Positions 1 to 11,594 of a DNA stretch of 64,000 nt are shown in pieces. Under the pieces are notes generated by a model, which made no database searches, was not told the DNA's origin, and saw only the letters and a program-made list of their open reading frames with translations. Positions within the stretch are counted from its first letter, which is position 1. Each line of letters begins with the position of its first letter. A program made the position numbers and the translations under genes. This DNA comes from an uncultured Planctomycetota bacterium (GTDB lineage Bacteria > Planctomycetota > Planctomycetia > Isosphaerales > Isosphaeraceae): NCBI GenBank assembly GCA_963823665.1, contig CAWGMQ010000012.1:1-64000 (forward strand). The letters are read 5' to 3'.

Positions 1-32
1 GAACGGCCGGCGAACCTGATGAATTGCCAGCC

Positions 33-1295
33 TTAACGGAGAGCCCGGTCGGGGCCCGGCAGCCGGTTCTCGACCTTTAGCGTCGTGCTGCCGACGGCGC
101 CGGGCCGGCTTCACGGTCACGAATGCTCCGGAAACGGCCCGGTCGATGGCGCGGGCCAGGATGGGACCGTCCACCACCGAGATCGACGAGTTCTCGCGGA
201 ACGCCACGTGGCCCAGCGGCGACCAGGCATTGGCCTGGGCGAGCAGGAGGTGGCGACGATCCGGCCGCGTCTCGCCCGCCCTGGCCTCGGTCAGGATGAC
301 GCGCAGGCCCAGGGCGGGGGCGGAGCAGGGGGGCAGGGTGTCGCAGTCGACCACCTTGATCGGCAAGCCCGAGCACGCGGAGCCCGTCGAGCTGGCCGGT
401 GACGCGCTGGGCCTCGCGGGCGAGCGCGGCCCTCTGGCCCTTCCACCTGGACGAGGTCCGGGCATCGGTCAGGGCGGCCGACTCGAGCAGGTCAGGCGAG
501 GTCGATTCCTCGAGGGCCTCGACGAACCGGACGGCCAGGGCGATCTCCGACAGGTTCATGACCTTGCCGGATTGCTCCATCATCGCCTCGAACGTGAGGT
601 CGTTGCAGAGCCGCCACATCACCGCCTGGGCGACGCCGTGGCTGGTGCCGAGCGTCGAGAGGGTGCGGAGCGCCTTGCGGATCTCGCGGGTCGGTGGTGT
701 ACTCATCCACGTCCATGACGGTGAGCTTGTCGCGGCCGGTCGGGGCGGGCAGGCCATAGTTGAGGCAGACGCCGGTGATCGTGAGGTCCACGCTCTCGCC
801 GGCGGGTACGGCGACCGACCGGGATGGCGGCTCGCCGGTCGTCGGGATCGAACGCAGGCCCGCCCGCGGTGCGTCGGCCTGGAACTCGCCGAAGGCACCC
901 TCGCGGTTGCGCCACCGAGCCCAGGCCCGATGCTCTGCATTCCGCGGCCGCCGCCGACCGCGCCGCCGCCCTGGGCGACCTTGCTCGCCGCGACCAGCCC
1001 GGGCGGCACGATCACGTTGAGCCGGCGACTTGGTGCGTATTGTGCGAGGGTCAAACGGACCTTGTCCTGTCCCTGGCCGCGTGCGGCCACGGTCAGGTCG
1101 CCCGCCTTGCCGGCCTCGGAGCAGGTCCACGGTCTCGGTCGTGACCTCGGCGGGAGGCGCCGACGGCTCAGCACGGGTTGCCGCCGGGGCGGCCGGAGAC
1201 TGGGCGGTCGCGATCGACCCGCCCAGCAGCATCATTCCACTCGGTAGGCCCGCGGCCGACCAGGCCCGGACCAGGCAAAGGTGTCGCCACAACAT
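33..1295 (-). CDS. Hypothetical secreted protein (frameshifted; 3' end uncertain)
   Basis: Coding-like pieces across ORFs 492..1373 and 77..1174: signal-peptide-like N-terminus, Gly-rich linker, 'GVCLNYGLPAPT', 'GTSHGVAQAVMWRL'. Confidence 0.55.
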
Positions 1296-1887
1296 CGCGC
1301 TGATAACCTTTCTGGACGCAGCCCTTACCAGAGGCTCAACCGAGCATCCCCTCAGGGGCCGAGTCTCGTGCAACTCTTCATAGAGATGATTCGATCGCTA
1401 CGGAGCACGTTCCCACTATCGAGATATTCTGCCATATTTTGGAAGACGCAGCCGCGCGTCCGTATTTCGAACCCGCCACTTCTTCATTTTCGGTCCACGC
1501 GCGGCCGCTCATCGGTCGATTTAGCCGGAATCGAACAAATCCTGACCGGAAAAGCCGGCACGCCACAATTCGTAAAGTTATAACCATTGTAACCCGCCGA
1601 TCTTGCCAGGCGCACCTTTTTGCCTCACGATCTCGAGGCGATTGGAAATGACACATATCGCATGCCGTAGGTTACGCTCGGCAGCCTGAGGTCGGCCTGA
1701 AAGGTTGACCAGCATGGTCGCGGCCCATTGACCCGCGCACCCCGACGGATCAGAGCGGCGTGCCTCCCAGGCCTGTCAATTGGACGTGGCATTGACCAGA
1801 GGGTGTTGCGAATTTTAAACTTAAAGAAATGGCGACGATTTCTGATTGTCGTTTCCCGAAGCTTGACCGAGTAGCCCGAGGTTCCCC

Positions 1888-2384
1888 ATGAGTTTCGGTG
1901 AGGAAGACGGCGGCAACGAGGTCGAGCTTGAAACCCTCCATGGCCGGAGCTGGCCCTCGATTACTCAGTTCTCGGTTTTTCTGGAGAACCGCGTAGGCCA
2001 GCTTCGGGGAGGTGCTCCCGCGCCTTTCAGGGTTCGAAGGTCAGAATCTTGGGGCTGACGATTTCCGACTCGGCCGATTGTTCGATACTACGCCTGATCT
2101 TGAGCCACTCCGAACAAGGCCGCGAGATCTTATCGCTCAACAAGCATGCATTCGCAGAGAACGAATTGTTGGTCGTCGAACTTCCCTCCGGCCCCCATTC
2201 GCTGACGGATCTGTGCCTGGCCATGCTACAGGCTGAGATCAATATTCACTACGCCTACCCGCTTATCATCCATCCCCGCAATCGGGCCGCGGTCGCGATG
2301 CATATTGATAACTTGGAGGAAGCCAGCGGCTGTTTGCATAACATGGGCTTCGAAGTGCTCAGCGAGGCCGACCTTGCCTCGTAG
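1888..2384 (+). CDS. ACT domain-containing protein (one frameshift)
   Basis: ATG at 1888 gives MSFGEEDGGNEVELETLHGRSWPSITQFSVFLENRVGQL, continuing into ORF 2049..2384 ('EINIHYAYPL'); tandem ACT-type motifs. Confidence 0.8.
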
Positions 2385-2474
2385 AAAGCGCGGCGCCTGC
2401 CCGCGGCCGTTCTGTGACCATCCGGCGCGGCGACGGCGCCCGGACTCTGAAGGCTTGTCGCGCTCGAGACATTC

Positions 2475-3566
2475 ATGAATCAGAGCCTGCTGGCGAAGCT
2501 GGATTGGTCCGAGGACGACGCCGAGTCCGCTTCGATTGCGACGCTCTGCGATCGCCTCGCGGATGAGGATGGCCAAGCGGACCTCGCCGGAACGTGGCCC
2601 GAAGCGCTCTGGGGTCTACTGAAGATTCCTGCGCGACCAGGTGGTCGCTCCCTCACGACCATGGTGGAGCTGCCCTTCCGCGTCCATTGCTCGTCCAGCG
2701 CTACGGGCAATTGGCCGGCGGCAGCCTCACAGCGGTCTTCATTCTCTTCAGCACGATGCCGCGGTTCGGCGGCTGGTGGCTGCTGGCAATGGCACTTCGG
2801 ATCACTGGCTGCATTTGGTCGGCCAGGGGTGCGCGTTTGTCACGGTCGGTATTTCTCACCTGACGACATCGCGCCGGTCGGGAGTCAAGGCTCAGGAGAT
2901 CGCAACAGGGCGTTATAAACTCGATGGCACGATGCCGTGGGTGACCGGAGCCGAACCGGCCAATCTCTTTGTTACAGGCGCTGTTTTCGAGGACCGGCGG
3001 CAGATGTTTATTGCCTTGCCGAGAGACCGCGCGGGCGTCACCGTCTGTCCTTCCTTCGCGCTGGCACGCTCCAGGCGTCTTGCACGGCCCAGGTGACCCT
3101 CGAGTCCGTTGAAATAGAGGCTGCCGATCTGCTGGCGGGACCAGCGACCGATTTGTTGACTCAGCCCGGCGCGGTCGGAACGGCGGGACTCGAGACATCG
3201 GCGCTCGCCCTGGGCCAGGCCCGGGCGGCGCTTTCCGCGATCGTCAAACTGGCACCCGAGCGAAGCGAGCTGACCGAACCGGTTGAGCTTTTGTGCGATC
3301 ACTGGCGATCGCAGTGGCGGCAGCTCATGGCATTGGCTCGGGCGGCACCCGACGCCGGGTCGGCAACTCAACTTCGCACCCAGGCCAACGGCTTGGTCTT
3401 GCGCGCGACCCAGGCCTACTTGACGGCCAGTAAGGGTACCGGGTTCCTGCTGAGCGAGCCCGCCCAGCGCCGGGCGCGCCAGGCCCTCTTTTTCTTGGTC
3501 TGGTCGTGCCCGGCACCAGTCGCCGAAGCGGCGATCCGCGACCTGGCCGGAATCTGCCAGCAGTAA
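2475..3566 (+). CDS. Acyl-CoA dehydrogenase family protein (frameshifted)
   Basis: 'TVGISHLTT', 'YKLDGTMPWVTGA' and 'GLETSALALGQA...YLTASKGTGF' spread over three frames. Confidence 0.75.
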
Positions 3567-3662
3567 CATCAAAGTTCGCATGGCGATAGCGCGACGAATT
3601 AAGTTGGGTTCTCCGCTCATAGTGCAACCTGCACTCGGCCGTCTTCGGTACGGTAGGTGCAA

Positions 3663-5131
3663 CCACCCCTTTCAAGGTTCTTTTTTCCGTCGTTTTGCGA
3701 GTACGCGGGCGGTCGCAATGTGGTGGTTCCGACTCCCGCTCTTCTTTCTCGGTTGCGGTTTCTTTGGGCTGTGCTTGTTCTTTGGATACCTTGTGGGGGT
3801 CACACGATGAGCCAGCTTCGTCAGTGCCTTTGCAAGGGCCTTCAGTGGCATGGCTTGGTACGACTCCCAACATTCCTCTGGAACCGCTATGTCCATTCCC
3901 ACATAAACGGCGGCGACATCACTCAGCAAATGATAATCGGACAGCTTCTCCTTGATCACCTCGGCTCCATGCGCCACGCGCAACGACGCCTTCACCACGG
4001 CGTACGCGTTGTAAGCCAGCACGGCTGTCGCAAACGAGAACAACGCCGCTCGCGGATAACCCAGCGTCTCGACCTCGCAACGAAGCACATCGGTCAGGGT
4101 CTGGAATGCTCCCTCCACTGTCCACCGCGTCCCGTATGCTTCCGCCACTTGCAACGCCGTCGCCTGCTCCGCAGACAGGTTGGTCACCATGTGAATCTCT
4201 GTGTCGCCGCTCTCGGTCGGTCGGTCGAGACAGAGCGTGACCCGTCGCACCACGAGGGTCGCGCCCTCGAAGTGCAGCTCCATCGCTTGTTCGTAGACCA
4301 TCCCCGTCGAGATCCGCCCGATCCGCCGGCGCCGCCCACGGAGTTTGTAGGTCAGCGTGGAGCCGTGTTGCCGGATGATGAAAAACGCCCGCAACGACGC
4401 CAGGCCGAACAAGAATTTGCTGGTGCAGAAGTTGCGATCGGCGATAACGACGATTCCGGGTCGGAGCGCTCCAGCAGTTCCGGCAGCAGCGACCGCTCTT
4501 GCGCATGGCCGTCCTCGCACAGCACGAGGTCGGCGATCAACTCCCGTTGGGCGTCCAACAGTGCCAGGGATTGTCCCGGCAACGGCCCCTCGCGGGTGAC
4601 TCGAAGTTCCGCCAGACGGTGTTCGGTCGCCGCCAAGTGATTCCCATCGAGATAAAAGACCTCCAACCCCGGCAGGATCTCCTTTTTGGCGCCGGGCATC
4701 GCGTCGATGATATCGGCGGCGTCCCCAGCCGTCCGCCGGATCAGGACGGAGCAAGTCTCCGGCTCGACATGATTGAGCTTCTCGTAGAGCGCAGCCGGCG
4801 AGACACCCAGGCTCTCTTTCGCAGCCTGATACGCGGCGTGGACGGAACTGCGAACGCGGGTAGCGACTGCCACCATCAGCGCAACGACCTGAGAGAAAAG
4901 CAATTGCTTGACGTATTGTCGCTGCCGCGCAACCTCGAAGATCTGATCGACCCGTTCCGGAAGGAGCAGTCGCTCCAGCGACGCTCGAACCATCACAGCC
5001 GCAGGGCAACGCTCGACAAACCGATCGAGAATCGCGGTAGGCAACATCCGTGTCGTCTCCCCAGGGGCTTCTGCGCAAGATCCGTTGTGGAGACGTGTTA
5101 TACCACATTTTGATCACTTTGAAAGAGGTGG
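3663..5131 (-). mobile_element. IS4-family insertion sequence, copy 1 (1469 bp)
   Basis: Terminal inverted repeats CCACCCCTTTCAAGG / CTTTGAAAGAGGTGG. Direct repeat GTAGGTGCAA at 3653-3662 and 5132-5141 (10 bp, or 12 bp if each end is moved in by one base). Confidence 0.92.
3672..5047 (-). CDS. IS4-family DDE transposase, copy 1 (1-nt frameshift near 4465, possibly sequencing error)
   Basis: ORFs 4352..5047 and 3672..5180 together match copy 2 apart from one indel and one V/M substitution seen. Confidence 0.88.
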
Positions 5132-5180
5132 GTAGGTGCAACCCACGTGTCGCAGCTCGTCTGCGGTAGGTTGCACCCAC
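5132..5180. repeat. Core of the REP-like inverted repeat doublet targeted by both IS copies (outer parts at 3648-3662 and 6651-6665)
   Basis: Reconstructed site GTACGGTAGGTGCAACCCAC...GGTAGGTTGCACCCACCGTAC; a related uninterrupted copy lies at 28032. Confidence 0.85.
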
Positions 5181-6650
5181 CCACCCCTTTCAAGGTTCTT
5201 TTTTCCGTCGTTTTGCGAGTACGCGGGCGGTCGCAATGTGGTGGTTCCGACTCCCGCTCTTCTTTCTCGGTTGCGGTTTCTTTGGGCTGTGCTTGTTCTT
5301 TGGATACCTTGTGGGGGTCACACGATGAGCCAGCTTCGTCAGTGCCTTTGCAAGGGCCTTCAGTGGCATGGCTTGGTACGACTCCCAACATTCCTCTGGA
5401 ACCGCTATGTCCATTCCCACATAAACGGCGGCGACATCACTCAGCAAATGATAATCGGACAGCTTCTCCTTGATCACCTCGGCTCCATGCGCCATGCGCA
5501 ACGACGCCTTCACCACGGCGTACGCGTTGTAAGCCAGCACGGCTGTCGCAAACGAGAACAACGCCGCTCGCGGATAACCCAGCGTCTCGACCTCGCAACG
5601 AAGCACATCGGTCAGGGTCTGGAATGCTCCCTCCACTGTCCACCGCGTCCCGTATGCTTCCGCCACTTGCAACGCCGTCGCCTGCTCCGCAGACAGGTTG
5701 GTCACCATGTGAATCTCTGTGTCGCCGCTCTCGGTCGGTCGGTCGAGACAGAGCGTGACCCGTCGCACCACGAGGGTCGCGCCCTCGAAGTGCAGCTCCA
5801 TCGCTTGTTCGTAGACCATCCCCGTCGAGATCCGCCCGATCCGCCGGCGCCGCCCACGGAGTTTGTAGGTCAGCGTGGAGCCGTGTTGCCGGATGATGAA
5901 AAACGCCCGCAACGACGCCAGGCCGAACAAGAATTTGCTGGTGCAGAAGTTGCGATCGGCGATAACGACGATTCCGGGTCGGAGGCGCTCCAGCAGTTCC
6001 GGCAGCAGCGACCGCTCTTGCGCATGGCCGTCCTCGCACAGCACGAGGTCGGCGATCAACTCCCGTTGGGCGTCCAACAGTGCCAGGGATTGTCCCGGCA
6101 ACGGCCCCTCGCGGGTGACTCGAAGTTCCGCCAGACGGTGTTCGGTCGCCGCCAAGTGATTCCCATCGAGATAAAAGACCTCCAACCCCGGCAGGATCTC
6201 CTTTTTGGCGCCGGGCATCGCGTCGATGATATCGGCGGCGTCCCCAGCCGTCCGCCGGATCAGGACGGAGCAAGTCTCCGGCTCGACATGATTGAGCTTC
6301 TCGTAGAGCGCAGCCGGCGAGACACCCAGGCTCTCTTTCGCAGCCTGATACGCGGCGTGGACGGAACTGCGAACGCGGGTAGCGACTGCCACCATCAGCG
6401 CAACGACCTGAGAGAAAAGCAATTGCTTGACGTATTGTCGCTGCCGCGCAACCTCGAAGATCTGATCGACCCGTTCCGGAAGGAGCAGTCGCTCCAGCGA
6501 CGCTCGAACCATCACAGCCGCAGGGCAACGCTCGACAAACCGATCGAGAATCGCGGTAGGCAACATCCGTGTCGTCTCCCCAGGGGCTTCTGCGCAAGAT
6601 CCGTTGTGGAGACGTGTTATACCACATTTTGATCACTTTGAAAGAGGTGG
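5181..6650 (-). mobile_element. IS4-family insertion sequence, copy 2 (1470 bp)
   Basis: Same terminal inverted repeats as copy 1, with a different direct repeat, TTGCACCCAC, at 5171-5180 and 6651-6660. Confidence 0.93.
5190..6566 (-). CDS. IS4-family DDE transposase, intact, 458 aa
   Basis: Motifs YLDGNHL (D), IADRNF (D) and YGTRWTVEGAF (YxxRWxxE, IS4 YREK-like). Confidence 0.92.
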   Translation of the reverse strand: MLPTAILDRFVERCPAAVMVRASLERLLLPERVDQIFEVARQRQYVKQLLFSQVVALMVAVATRVRSSVHAAYQAAKESLGVSPAALYEKLNHVEPETCSVLIRRTAGDAADIIDAMPGAKKEILPGLEVFYLDGNHLAATEHRLAELRVTREGPLPGQSLALLDAQRELIADLVLCEDGHAQERSLLPELLERLRPGIVVIADRNFCTSKFLFGLASLRAFFIIRQHGSTLTYKLRGRRRRIGRISTGMVYEQAMELHFEGATLVVRRVTLCLDRPTESGDTEIHMVTNLSAEQATALQVAEAYGTRWTVEGAFQTLTDVLRCEVETLGYPRAALFSFATAVLAYNAYAVVKASLRMAHGAEVIKEKLSDYHLLSDVAAVYVGMDIAVPEECWESYQAMPLKALAKALTKLAHRVTPTRYPKNKHSPKKPQPRKKSGSRNHHIATARVLAKRRKKEP

Positions 6651-6856
6651 TTGCACCCACCGTACAAATGGCTCAAGGCGGTCGGAACCGCTGGAAGACC
6701 TGATCGGCCAAATCGTCGAGGTACGAAAGAATTGTTGAACGATTGCTGGCGCTTTTGGCTGTTTGAGCCGATGCTCGGCGGTTAGAATAGATCGCGCCGG
6801 ACGGGGAATGCAAGTGGCGCTCGACGACTTCGGGTGGGTTCATGGGCATCGCATTA

Positions 6857-7432
6857 ATGTCGTCGCGGCTGGAGGAGGCGCTGCGGTTCGCAGCCGAGTG
6901 CCACCACGGTCAAACCCGGCGTGCGGGAAAAACGCCCTATTTCGCCCACGTCGTGGCCGTCACGATTATCCTCGATCGAGCACGGTTTGACGAGGACGTC
7001 GTCATCGCCGGTCTGCTGCACGACGTCGTCGAGGATACGCCTGTAACACTTGCGGAAGTGGCCGATCGATTTGGGAATAATGTGGCGGAGATCGTTCGCC
7101 ACTGCTCTGAGATCAAGACCGACGAACTGGGGGCAAAGCGTCCCTGGATCGATCGGAAGCGCGACCACATCGCCGCGTTGGCGGAAGCCCCCGCCGCCGC
7201 GCGGGCAGTCGTGCTCGCCGACAAGCTGCACAACGCAATCTCGATTGAGGTAGACCTCCTGGAGGGCCGCCCGATCTGGTCTCAGTTCCACGCCGATCGG
7301 GATCAGGTGCTCTGGTATTACCATGCCATGATTGAGCGATGCGGGCGGGACGACGATCGGCTGGTGGAACTGGCCGAAGCGTGCCGCGAGGTGCTGAGTC
7401 GGATCGAAGGTGCGGGGTTGGTCGAGCGTTAG
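6857..7432 (+). CDS. HD-domain protein, stand-alone (p)ppGpp hydrolase-like (HD_4/MESH1/SAH type)
   Basis: 'HHGQTRRAGKTPYFAH', 'AGLLHDVVEDT', 'LADKLHN'. Confidence 0.85.
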   Translation: MSSRLEEALRFAAECHHGQTRRAGKTPYFAHVVAVTIILDRARFDEDVVIAGLLHDVVEDTPVTLAEVADRFGNNVAEIVRHCSEIKTDELGAKRPWIDRKRDHIAALAEAPAAARAVVLADKLHNAISIEVDLLEGRPIWSQFHADRDQVLWYYHAMIERCGRDDDRLVELAEACREVLSRIEGAGLVER

Positions 7433-7771
7433 CCTCCTCGCGTAACCGGTCGGGCCGACCGCCGCGTCGGATCGGTCGGGTCGGACGGATCGGACGCTCG
7501 GCGGACGCAATCCCGATACGATGGCCGCGCTCGGCGATCTCAGCGGCTCGACTGGATCGTCAGCCGCCCAGCGGAGGTTTCCTGACGCCGTTCGCCGATA
7601 TTTCGCGGATGGAGGGCATTGGCCATGTCCGAGTCTGCCGCCTAACCATTGCGGATTGGACCCCGCCAAGCCGGAGTTCCAATCGATGTTTCTGAGGCCT
7701 GGCGCCGGCGCCGCGGAGTCTTGAATCTCTGCTCGCTGGGGTGTTCACGGCCCCCGGCTTCAGATTTTTCG

Positions 7772-8846
7772 TTAACTGTCTGGACGGGTCGCTGAACCCG
7801 GCCCCACGTCGCCCTCGGCGCCACATTCAAGCTTCCCGCACAGCTCGTCATACGTTGACGGCATGCCCCGATCGTAGACGAACCGACATGGCATCCCCAC
7901 CACGCGGCTCGCTCCCAGACGAAAAAGTGCGCGCCGGCAGGCGGTCAGCTCGTGAGCCTGCAAGAGCGCCGAGACACGCCAGCCGGGACGGCCGTTCTCG
8001 TCAAAGCCTTCCCCGCGCGACGTGCAGACCGCCGCGGTCGCGCACGTGTTTGGCGACCAGGTCGGCGCTTTCGGCTCGTCCGGGCGCGGCGCTTCCAACC
8101 ACCTCGAGATGAAGCCAGTTTCCGGCGTCGCGGGCGCCGTCGATCGCGTCGAGCAAGATGGCGAGCGGGCCGGTGTCGCCCTCTTCAATCAAGCGCGCCA
8201 AGCTCGGCCTATTGCCGATCATGCAGGCCGCCGACTCGAGCACCGTTCCGCCATCGATTTCTCGGAGCCGATTGTCCTTGAGCGTCGTCCCCGAGCTGGT
8301 TAAATCGACAATGATGTCGGCGATGCCCAGGCTCGGATGCAGCTCGAGCGCACCGTCGGATTGAATCAATTGATAATAATAGATGCCGAATTTCCGGAAG
8401 TGCTGCCGCACGAGCGCGGGATACTTGGTCGAGACCCGGAACGTCCGGCCGGCAGTCTTGAATTCGGTGGTCAAGTTGACGAGATCCATGATGTGGCTAC
8501 AGTCGATCCAGCTTTCGGGCACGGCCACGGCTAGCCGGCATCCGCCGAATCCCAAGGCGTCGACAACCACCATCGCCTGGTCGGCCTCGGCGGCGTGCTC
8601 GGAAAATACGTCCAGACCGGTAACACCGAGATGGCATCGTCCTTCTTGAACCTGGATCACGATATCGGCCGGACGCATGAAGACGACGTGAAACCGGCGA
8701 TAACCGGCGATCGTCGCCTCGTACTGCCGGTCGCTGGGTCGCCTGACCTTGTAGCCGGCCGTCTTCAAGAGCTCGATCGTCCCCTCGTAAAGATGCCCCT
8801 TGGAGGGAAGTGCCAGACGGATCGGATCAATGGGTTCTCTGGACAT
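7772..8846 (-). CDS. hisG: ATP phosphoribosyltransferase with C-terminal extension (frameshift near 8010)
   Basis: 'IRLALPSKG', 'GALELHPSLGIADIIVDLTSSGTTLKDNRL'; tail continues in ORF 7772..8188. Confidence 0.92.
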
Positions 8847-8947
8847 GTGCCGAGCATCCTAGATGCCGCGTTTGATATCAAGCTCGGTGACGCGACCGGC
8901 GCCTTTTGGCGTGGCGCGAGCTTGGGCAATAATCCGGCGGTTTGCCG

Positions 8948-10209
8948 TCATGACCGGGTGAGATTGGACGTTCGGGCGGCGCAGACGTCGAACAGCCGCT
9001 CCAGCCCGAAGGCGAACCCCACGCCACGCTCGTCGCGGGCGCTACCCAAGACGCGGGATAGGCCATCGTAGCGTCCGCCTCCGCAAACGTCGATCGGTCC
9101 CTCTGGCGCCTTGACAACCAGCTCGAAAATCATCTGGGTGTAGAAGCCGATTCCGCGGCCGAAACCGAGATCGAGCTCGATCCGGCTTGGGTTGACTCCG
9201 TGTCCGGCCAGGGATGCAACCAGCTCGTGAAGACCGGATACCGATTGAGGCGCGAGCGCGGCGAACGATCCGGCCAGTTGCTCGAGGACGATCTCCGTCG
9301 GCCCCGTAGCTGGGAGAGCGCATGAACCTGCTGGCGCACTCGTCCCAGGATCTGGTCGAGCGAGTGGGCCAGGTCCCATTTCCGGCGGAGTCGGTGAATG
9401 ATCTCATGGCCCGAGCGACGGCCGGTGACGTCCGGGACGAGGTGGCGGAATAATCGGTCAACTCCGCGGTCGTCGGCCTGGCTGACGGCCGGTACGATTG
9501 CCTCGGCCTCGTCACCGGCTTTGAGCCACCCGGAAAGGCGATCCAGACTCGACTCGAGGTCCTTGATGCCTTTTCCCTCGGCGGCCGCCGCGCTCAGCAT
9601 CTCGACGAGGGCCGATGACGCCGCTTGTGGCAGGCCCGTCCGCCCCAGGATCTCGAGGATCAAGCCGACGTGTCCGATCCGAACCGACGCATCGGGAATG
9701 CCCGCATTCTCGAGCGAACGATGGGCCAGAGCGATCACCTCGGCGTCCGCGGCCGGTCCCCCGGCTCCGATCAGCTCCACGCCTACCTGGGTAAACTCGC
9801 GCAGCCGGCGGCTCGTTGGGTCGCTCTCAAACCGGAATACCGGCCCCGACGAGCTCACCCGCCAGGGCAGCGGCGGGCAAGAGGGCGCTTCCGCATAAGC
9901 CCGCACGATACTCGCGGTGAGCTCGGGTCGCAGACAGATCCCGGCTGGCCCGCCGTCGGCCAGCGCGAACAGCTTCGATACGATACCCGCGCCGCTTTTC
10001 CGCTCGTGAAGCTCGCTATATTCCAGAATCGGCGTCCGGACCGGCTCGTAGCCCGCGCGTGCAAATTCGTTGAGCAGTTGCCGCTCGAGAGCCGCAAGTC
10101 GCACGCAATCCGCCGCAAGCCAATCGCGCGTTCCGCGCACTAGCCCGACCGGCCGCTCGGGCGTTGGGATCGCGTCGTCCTGCCGAAGTTCGGTTGCCGG
10201 CGCATTCAC
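8948..10209 (-). CDS. hisZ: ATP phosphoribosyltransferase regulatory subunit (frameshifted)
   Basis: HisRS-like fold ('LRPELTASIVR', 'REFTQVGVE', 'GGGRYD', 'GFAFGLERL') without an anticodon-binding domain; adjacent to hisG. Confidence 0.88.
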
Positions 10210-11575
10210 GGACCGGTTCCTTCCTGCCTCAAGATCTCGAGCGCACTTTCGACCGAATCCTCCAGTACCGACCAGGTGAGACCCTTGTCTTCAACGCGCG
10301 AAGCCAGGTTGCGCAGATTGAAAACCTGCCTGGCTTCTTCATCCGGCCCGACGATCACCGCGAGCCGGTGGCCGCGCGACGAGCCATAGCCCATTTGCTT
10401 CCCGATCGGAATCGGGTCGGGGAACACCTCGGCGCCTATCCCCGCCGCTCGCAGCCGCGCTGCCAGCTTGACGGGTACTGCGGGGTTGGTTCCCGGAAAA
10501 TTCGCGACCAGCACCGGCACTGTCGTGGCCGGCGATTTCAGCCTGCCTGCTTCATCAAGCAGTGCCATCAGCCGGTCGAGTCCGATCGAAGCCCCCACGC
10601 CGGGTAATCGTCGCGGGGTAAACAAGCTCGCGAGATTGTCATACCGTCCGCCAGACGCGACGCTGCCGAACTTTTCCCAGCCGTTGACGGTCGTTTCAAA
10701 AACGATGCCGGTGTAATAATCAAGGCCGCGGGCCAGGCCGAGATTGATTCTGAACCGATTTCCCGGGACGCCCGCTGCGCCGAGCAGATCAATAACCGCT
10801 CGCAGGTTGGTGATGCCCTTTTCGACGAGCGCGTGAGATCCGAGCGTCTTCATCGCCTCGTCCAGGATTTCGCACGCACCGCGAAATTGCGTCGCAAGGT
10901 TGACGATCTGGCAGGCTTGGTCCGCGGGCAAACTTGCGCCGCCGGCTTCTTCTGGCTTCTTCAGTTCATCTCTGACGCCGTCGGGCCGATCTTGTCGAGC
11001 TTGTCGAGCGCCCGGAGTACCGGGCCGCTCCGACTGCCGATCCCTTGAGATTCGAGTAGCCCCGTGAGCACTCGGCGATCGTTGAGCGTGATCGTGAAGT
11101 CGGACACTCCGGCCGAAGTCGGCGCTCGATCGATGACCTGGGCGATCTCGGCATCGGCGAGAACGCTCTCGGTGCCGATCGTGTCGAAATCGCACTGGGC
11201 GAATTCGCGAAACCGGCCCCTGGCCGGCCGCTCGCCGCGAAAGACCGATCCGATGGCATAGCGTTTGAAGGGAACGCCGAGCTCATCGATGTGCTTGGCG
11301 ACAAATCGGGCCAAGGGCACGGTCAGGTCGAACCGCAGAGCCAGCTCGCCGGGAGTTCCACCTTTATTGGTGACCTCGAAGATTTGCCGTAGGACCTCGT
11401 CGGAGCCGGCTCCCTTTCCGGTCAAGACTTCCATGCGCTCGATGTGAGGGGTCTCGATCGGTACGAAGCCGAAATTGGCGAAGGTCTCGCGGAAGCCCGC
11501 CAAGATTTGCTCGCGGGGAATCATCACCGAAGGCGGTAGATCTCGAAGGCCGCTGGCCACGCGCGGGTCGATCAT
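10206..11575 (-). CDS. hisS: Histidine--tRNA ligase (frameshifted)
   Basis: 'LALRFDLTVPLAR', 'FRGERPARGRFREFAQCDFD', 'LARGLDYYTG', 'SGGRYDNL' and a C-terminal anticodon-binding domain. Confidence 0.93.
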
Positions 11576-11594
11576 GGGGCGAAGTCACCTTTTC

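Noticed and set aside
3663..6650. Tandem IS pair as an assembly duplication or single tandem-duplication event
   Set aside because: Each copy has its own distinct target duplication, the copies differ by a substitution, and removing both restores a coherent repeat seen elsewhere in the window.
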